Assembly: GCA_964016885.1 (NCBI GenBank)
Contig: OZ024747.1
Coordinates: 806,001 to 870,000, forward strand
Direction of reading: 5' to 3'
DNA from: Eledone cirrhosa
Lineage: Eukaryota
Length of the DNA: 64,000 nt
The notes under the pieces were generated by a model. That model saw only the letters and a list, made by a program, of their open reading frames with translations. It was not told the origin of the DNA and did not search any database. The translations under genes and the position numbers were made by a program. Below, piece after piece: positions 56,201-64,000 of this stretch (position 1 is the first letter of the stretch; each line of letters opens with the position of its first letter).

Positions 56201-58056
56201 CTTTATTCTATCAACCCCAGAAAGTTGAAAGGCAAAGCTGGTCTTGACATGAATTTAAAGAACCAGAAATAATATCTTGAAGCTTTAATGATTCAGCCGA
56301 TCCATTGCAACAACAACAATATTTCTAAAATAAGTACAAAGCCATAAAGTGGATGTGGTAAGTATAGTATACAACTCAAATTTGTGCATGTTTAGCTGGC
56401 TCCTTAGGAAGTTACATCTTATAGGAGGTTTTGGGGATGTTTTAATGATAGTGGCTCCAGTCCTATTATGACAAACAATGTAAAATGAAGCATCTTGCTC
56501 AAGAACACAATGCAGTGTCCAGTCTAGGAATTAAACCCACAACTTGAGTATCATTAGTCCAACACCCTAACCACTAAAGTACGCACCTCACTAACACTGG
56601 CACTCTACCGATTCAGAAGTAATGACAGCCAGTTTCCCTCAATGCAGTAATCTAAAATAATATTGATAAATAAAAATAAAGAAAGACATGAAACGACCTG
56701 TGTGGAGGAAGAAAGAAAAAAATATTATCAAGGGAGATAACTACGAATATTATCTCCTTAAACTAACTAGAGAACTGTGTGTGTTATAGTTAGATTTCCA
56801 TAAAGGATGTGAGTGGCACAAACTTATATTAGAATGATCATTAATAACAATATACGTAACAGTCAGCAGTATCACTATAACCTAACACTTTTCATATCCA
56901 CTCTTAACTTTCTTTTACTCAGAATTCTATGGTAGACTAACACTTAACAAGAACAAGATTCATTATAATTATTTCTACTTTTGGTACAAGGCCAGCAATT
57001 ATCCAGTACATTACTGGTACTTTATTTTATTAACCCCGTAAGGATAAAAGGCAAAGTTAACCTCGACAATAATGAAAATTATTGTGTAGTGCTTAGGTGC
57101 ACTACAATATGTTGGCACATTGTTTAGTTGATGCCAGCAGGATTTTAACTAAGACTGGAAAGATAGGTTTAACAGTGTAGTGTTTAACTTTCTTCTCTAC
57201 AACTTGTAGTAGTAGTAATAATAATAATGGTTTCTCACATGACAGACTCTACCCCAATACCCTCTATAGATTGTATTAATCTACGAGGAATCATATGCAA
57301 TGAAGATTCCACTAAGATTTGGATTCAAAAATTTGAGGCAAAAAACTAAATACCGTTAGGTATTTCGTCATGCCCTCTAATGCTTGGAAAATAATAGTTT
57401 CTATCAAGGCCCTAGTACTTTATTTTAACAAACCCCAGAAAGATAAAAGGCTAAGATGACTTACATCAACTTAGCCTTTTATTGGGATTTGAACTTAGAA
57501 TGTAAAGAGTCAAAACATAGACCACGGGGCATTTTGTCTCACGCACTAACAATTTTGCCAATCCACCCAGGAAAAAATATGAGAGAGAGAGAGAGAGTAG
57601 TTTATTGTTCTATGTGTTAAAAAGGCATGCATCAATCATAATTGAGGACTGTTAAGTAAAACTAAACCAGTTCCTTGTCATTGTAAAGTAAGAGAGAGAC
57701 AAGAACCCAGTTTAGTAGTTTACTGAAGTAGAGAGATGCAGCTGTGGTGCAGCCTTTGCACTGTTGAAATATAGCAACAAAAGCAGTAAGAAAGCCTCAG
57801 TGTGCTGTGTATATTGTGTAGAAAGGGACGGATCTCTGTCAGTTGCGATGATGAGTGTTCTAGAAATTTAATTAATGGAAGAGCCTGCTCAGGAAATTAA
57901 CAGATTAGTGGTTGAGCATTCAATATACACATGTACCCTTAACATAATTCTCAGTGAGATTCTTTGAATTAGTTGGTCCATTCGACAAGCTCCCAAAAGA
58001 TTGTCAACCCAATTTCATTAACAAGGCATAAGTCCACCTGAGGTTATAGTAAATAA

Positions 58057-58243
58057 TTGTTTCTACTTTTGGCACAAGGCCAGCAATTACCCAGTACATT
58101 ACTGGTACTTTATTTTATTGACCCCGTAAGGATGAAAGGCAAGGTTAACCTTGGCAGGATTTGAACTCAGACCATAAAGGGCCGTAACTCTTTGCTGCAA
58201 AGCATGGCGTCCGACCCTCTACCGATACTGCCAATACACCGCC
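58057..58243 (-). mobile_element. Full-length family-A SINE with TSD AGGTTATAGTAAATAAT
   Basis: A/B boxes and core; duplicated flank at about 58041 and 58246. Further partial family-A copies at about 13865, 41476, 41890, 43727, 53050, 56970 and 60700. Confidence 0.9.
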
Positions 58244-61200
58244 TAAGGTTATAGTAAATAATGTTTACTCAAGATGTTATACAGTGGGATCAAACTGAGA
58301 ACCTAATGATTGTGAAGCAAACTTCTTAACCATACCACACCCACATATGTATATAGGGGGATCTATTCTGACCTAAAAACTGCTTCAACCAGTTTGGCTG
58401 CCACTAAGTGGTGTGTGACATAGGAGGTGTTAGTTTGCAGCCCCAGATCTCTAAACTGATCAACAATACTGAAATGGACCTGTCAATTTCATTATGAAAG
58501 TTCCAACTGTTCAATGGACCTCTGTCAATTTCAACGTGAGAGTTCCAACTGTTCAATGGCTGAGTATTCCATAGACACACTGATCGACAGAGAGATTCAG
58601 TGTGACTAAGTCATATCTACGTAGGTTTCCATCAACTCAATTTCACTGACTTGCTGAAGCAGTGGGATTCAACATGCAATATCAAAACAAACCTGTTAAA
58701 CATTTGGGTATAAACAATAACAATAACAACAGCAACAGTGGAAGAGAAGCTAAAATCAATGTTGAGATCAATCAATGGAATGTTAATAAATTATATTAAT
58801 ATTTTACAGAGATATGGGAGAGAATGATGTTCATGCCTTTCCAAATAATTATAAATGATGATTTGAGATGTACTACATGCAGGATATTCCGAGTGAGAAT
58901 TGCAACTGGAACATCCAGCTTTTAACTAAAAGCATTTCAGCTCAAGACCTCTGCATCAGGTATAATTCATTAGAATAAAGAATCCGAGTTCAATCCCCAC
59001 GAGAAGACTGGAAATGAGGTTAAAACAGCCACATGTGTGTTGTATTTACTTAATCTTGTCAGAAAGATAAAATGAATAAAGATGAAGTAGAAACACTGAA
59101 AAGGAAGATTAGTCATTGAGAAGGTCACATAATGTGTGATGAAAGAGCTTTGACAAATAATTATCTGGTTACTAAACTAACTAATGGATTAGTTACCTGA
59201 CTAATAATAAAACTGAAACTTAACTGACAAGTGTTTCTTATATTGGTAACATGACCCCCCCTAAGTAGAACAATAGCTTTTTTAACACAGGATTTTTCAT
59301 CAAGAATCTTGCAACACAAATTCAAAAACGAAATACATTCACACACACACACATATATGTGTATATATATATATATATATAAACTACACACACACACACA
59401 TTAGGAAAAATGCTTAAAGGCATGTTTATACAAAACACTTCTGCAAATTCAATTAACTCTTTTTGTATGAACGTTTAGAGCAATCACCTCCTTCCCATCC
59501 TCTCTATATTTTTACACACACATACATATTATGTATCCAGTTTTTAGAGTAGGTACAGTGTCTCCAAGGGGCAACTAACAGAGTTGGCATGAAGAAGGAT
59601 ATCTGACTGTGAAAGACTGCTTCAACAGGTCCTGACCAACTCATCACAGCATGGAGAAGTAAACATAAAAACAATGATGATGATATATGTAGGTGTATGT
59701 GTGTGTAGGTATATGTAGGTGTATGTGTGTGTAGGTGTATGTGTGTGTGTGTATAATTTGGAATGCAAATTATCCAGGTTAGCATATCACAAGATGTAGT
59801 TTACATTAATTAAAAAATAGTTAATGGTTTATTGTGAGGGGCTGGGAGGGGGTGTTTCATAAATGTAAAGAATTTAGCAATCAATGACACAGAGACAGAG
59901 ACAGAGAGAAAGGGTAAGGCAGAAAGGATAAGAGAGGTGGAGTTGAGAGAGAAGAGAAAAATAAAATATGGGAATGAGAGAGAGAGAAAGAGTTGGAGAT
60001 AGAATTGTGAAAAGCAGATTATTTAATGCAGAGTGGAAGAAGGGAGTTTGAGGTTATTGAGGATGGTCAGCATTGGACACCAGTGGTGATTGTTGGACTT
60101 GTTGGTCACCACTGGACATCTCTGGGTACCCACTGGCACCACTGAACAAATTGGGTTTTGTCTGTCTACATCATTCTGTACCAGATATATACTCTGGTTC
60201 ATCTAATCAACTATACCATTCCACCCTTGTGCCAATGTCAGAAATCATTATTATTATTATTGGTAGTGCATTAGAAGAACTGGTAAAATGTCAGATAAAT
60301 ATTACCTGGAGGTATTTATTTAAGGCCCATTATGTTGTGAATTCAAATCCTGCCAAGGTTGACTTTACCTGCCAACAAACTATAAATGATTTATTGCAGG
60401 ACAGTTTGGGGAGCAAAGGGCTTCCTCAGTGTAAAGAATCTAACAGTAACAGGTATACACAAACAAATGATGTAGAAAGTTCTATAAAATAAAAGTACCA
60501 GTGATATACTAGGGTTAGAATATTTCCCTCTCTTTATCAAATAGTTATGGCCTACTATAGCATACTGGATAGTTGGCTAGGTGAAGTGTAAAGGATTGTC
60601 TTTAGTAGCTTCCGAGTGTTAACACTAGACATACTACATCACACCCAACTTATTAGATTATCACCAGCCTCATACAAACTCTACTTTATCATGACTACTT
60701 ATGGTGGTAGATTGACAGAATCATTAAAGTTTTGGACAGGAAAATTTGAGGTTTTCAGTTATATCTCTTTTCATTCTGAGTTCAAACCCAGCCGAGGTCA
60801 ACTTTGCCGTTTAATCCTTTTGGGATGGACAAAATAAAGTACCAGTGAAATACTAGGGTGGGTATAATTGACTTTTCCTTGACTTTGGGATGGACAAAAT
60901 AAAGTACCAGTGAAATACTAGGGTGGATATAATTGACTTTTCTTTGACTTTGCCAAAATTAGATAACATAATTATCATTACTTCATAATCAAATGAAGGC
61001 TACGTGCTTTCTGATGACCACTCAATTAGCCATGAAACACGTAAAAGAAAACTGAATATTTTTCATATTTGTTTAAATTTTCAGTGAGGCTAATATTTTA
61101 ATATTTTAGTTATACCTGCATTAAATATATCTTATATGCTGTGTTGTGTATAAATATATAATATATATCAATATATATATATATCTATATATATATAACT

Positions 61201-63207
61201 AACCCGCCTTCACACAGATAAATGGACATACAGACAGACATATATACTCACACACTTTTCTCTCTGAAATGTTTTCCTACTACCAAAGATATTATGCATT
61301 GTAATATTTTTTATTGGAACTCCAATAGCAATATAATAAAGGTTTCTTTATTAGCAACACAGGGCTGACATTAAGAAGACAATACACAGTGTGGAAATAT
61401 AACAATAATAATAATGGTTTCTTTGTAATAATAATAATTATATAATGTCATGTTAACTTCTATAAAGTGAGGTTCATAACTTGGTTTTGCTTCTTGGTTG
61501 TTGTTATCACCTAAACGCCCTACGGAGAAGCATGCACATAAGATCCTAGTCCACCCACCTCTTAAAAGCAGAAGATTTCATACCACATAATAAAGAACTA
61601 CTATTACAACATTTACTACTATTCACAATTGTAATAAACATGTTTAAGTTAGTAGTTATAAAGAACACAGGTGTGGCAATACAGATGATAGATAGAATCA
61701 CTGTTCACTGCTGCAACCAGGTAAATCTAAGAAAGTATCTAAGTTCTAGATTAGGTACACTGTATCTCTGCTTTTTGTAAGAGGTGACTAAAAGGACTGG
61801 TTTAATGAAGGGCATCCAGCCGTAAAACACTGCCTCAAAAATTCGTCAAACCCATGCCAGAATAAAAAAGTAGGCTTAAAAACAAAGTATTAAAAGAGTT
61901 GTTATATACTCTGCCAAAAGAGTATATCATTTATTGAGGTATATATGTAGAATATATACAATTAAATATCCTGCTCATGACTATATACAGTAGCAATTCA
62001 CCACCAGCTACCAACTACCTCTAGTACAACTACTAATCACCACCAGCTACTAACCACCTCTAGTATAGCTACTAGCTACCACAATATATTCTGTGGTCTA
62101 CCTACAATTCACCACCAAATAGTATGTCTTCTTCCGTCTCATCCACAACACACCAGATACTTAGCAACAACAGTAACAATAACAATAACAATTTCTAGTC
62201 AACCCATAATAACGACAGGAGAGGACTGGATGGAAACTGGAGAAAGGGAGAAAAGCTTGGGGGGGGGGGTGATGACGACGACACAAACAAACAAGGATTA
62301 AAAAAAAAACATTTCTCAGGAAATCCCAGGAAAAGTTGTATGAAAGAGGGTAAAAATAGATCACTGTAGGGTGGGCTATCATAGAAACATGCCTAAATAG
62401 GTTAGGAACCTAGTTTTAGTAGTGATATAGCAACTGTACAGTTTGTAAGGAGAGAGAAAAAAATAAAAATAAATAAACCAGCAACAGCAGGGAGCTTGGA
62501 CAAAGTAGAAGAATGTAATGTATTCCTTGGGGACAAGGGCCAGGTTTATATATATAAACTAAGTATGCCCATGATTCAGAATCAAAGACAACTTAGTAAT
62601 ATGTAACATGTTTTATCTAATGGTTATAGGTATGTTGTCGGCCATCCCACCGTTGATCCAGTGGGATATATTGTGACTGAGGAAGAAAGGACTGCATTAG
62701 CACTAGGATAGTATTCTCTTTATCAACCTGAAAAAAATGGAAGGTAAAGCAGGTTTAAATACTGACCACAGAGAACTGGAACAAATGTTGCCAGACATTC
62801 TACCCAATGTTCCAATCACTCTGCCAATCAGACACCTTATATGTGTGTATGTCTGTGTACATATATATATGTATAAAGACGTGTTTGTTGTGTGGTGGTG
62901 GAGGGGTGAAGAATATGTGTGAGGGGGCAGGAATGTGAGGAGGGTGAGGAATATGTGTGGGGGGAGGGAATATGTGTGTGTAGGGGGGGATATGTGTGTA
63001 CCATTGATGACAATGTCGTGAGATAAAACAAAACAATAAAACCAACACCATGTCATTTCCATTAGCTAAACAATGCTCCCACCACCTCCAAGTGGCATGA
63101 GAAGCGGTATATCACTGGTATTTAGACTATTCAATGAGCAGGATGATAACTTGTGTATAACAAGTGAAGTCTTCATATATTTCAGGCAATTCTTTATTGC
63201 TCAGAAA

Positions 63208-63505
63208 ACACCAAGGCCCTATTTCTATGGGTCAGTAATTATCAAGACCCTATTTCTATGGATCAATATACACCAAGGCCCTATTTCTATGGATCAGTAT
63301 ACACCAAGGCCCTATTTCCATGGATCAACATACACCAAGGCCCTATTTCTATGGATCAACATACACCAAGGTCCTATTTCTATGGATCAACATACATCAA
63401 GGTCCTATTTCTATGGATCAACATACATCAAGGCCCTATTTCTATGGATCAACATACATCAAGGCCCTATTTCTATGGATCAACATACATCAAGGCTCTA
63501 TTTCC
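63208..63505. repeat. 31-bp minisatellite (CAAGGCCCTATTTCTATGGATCAACATACAC)
   Basis: About 9 tandem copies. Confidence 0.93.
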
Positions 63506-63948
63506 AATAATAACTTTCAACATTAACACACATTTTAAAGGTGTATTGCCAACTGTATAGACCCCAGTATTTCCCTGGTACTTTATTTTATCACAGCCAC
63601 ACCACTATCACCATCAGCATAATCATAGAAGTGGTGTTGTAACTATAAACTCCAGTATTTTACCAGTAATATCACTACTACATCACCACCACCACCACCA
63701 TTACCATCATCATCATCATCATCATCATCATCATAGTAGTAATATTGACTACATATCTCAGTATTTTACTGGTAATTCATTTTATCAGCACCACACCACC
63801 ACCACCACCAGTCATCATGACAATGGTGGTGGAGTGATCACTCCTCCCTTCCTTCTCCATCATCTTGATGAGCTCAACTCTGGAATGACAGCTAAACCAA
63901 ACATCATTAACATGGCTCAAAAATAAATTGACAATTAAGCAATTGCAC

Positions 63949-64000
<52 letters not shown>

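Noticed and set aside
63073-63560. Overlapping repeat ORFs in three frames
   Set aside because: Produced by a stop-poor 31-bp minisatellite.
46100-64000. Additional protein-coding exons in the last 18 kb
   Set aside because: Only short ORFs without recognisable motifs; small exons cannot be excluded by eye.

Overview
AT-rich, microsatellite- and transposon-dense animal genomic DNA, most likely a coleoid cephalopod (Octopus-like; inferred from the SINE/RTE/microsatellite make-up, not proven). Two host genes lie head-to-head. (1) An 8-coding-exon NMNAT gene (NAD+ synthesis; NMNAT1/3-like, 243 aa) on the minus strand, 36020->5503. I reconstructed it by hand; all introns are GT-AG and all phases fit. 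(2) A single-coding-exon 628-aa gene on the plus strand (43923-45809) with motif-level similarity to Fanconi anemia protein FANCC. NMNAT introns carry RTE LINEs with a C4HC3 PHD-type finger after the RT core, an internally deleted CR1-like LINE, a DD37D (maT) Tc1/mariner element, Helitron pieces, four tandem Tx1/L1 3' ends, two tRNA-derived SINE families and several minisatellites. The most unusual signal is a set of minimal type-I hammerhead-ribozyme motifs (CUGAUGA...GAAA). Several sit as divergent pairs inside 300-460 bp palindromic non-coding elements, and two copies show stem covariation, suggesting a Penelope/retrozyme-like ribozyme-bearing repeat family.
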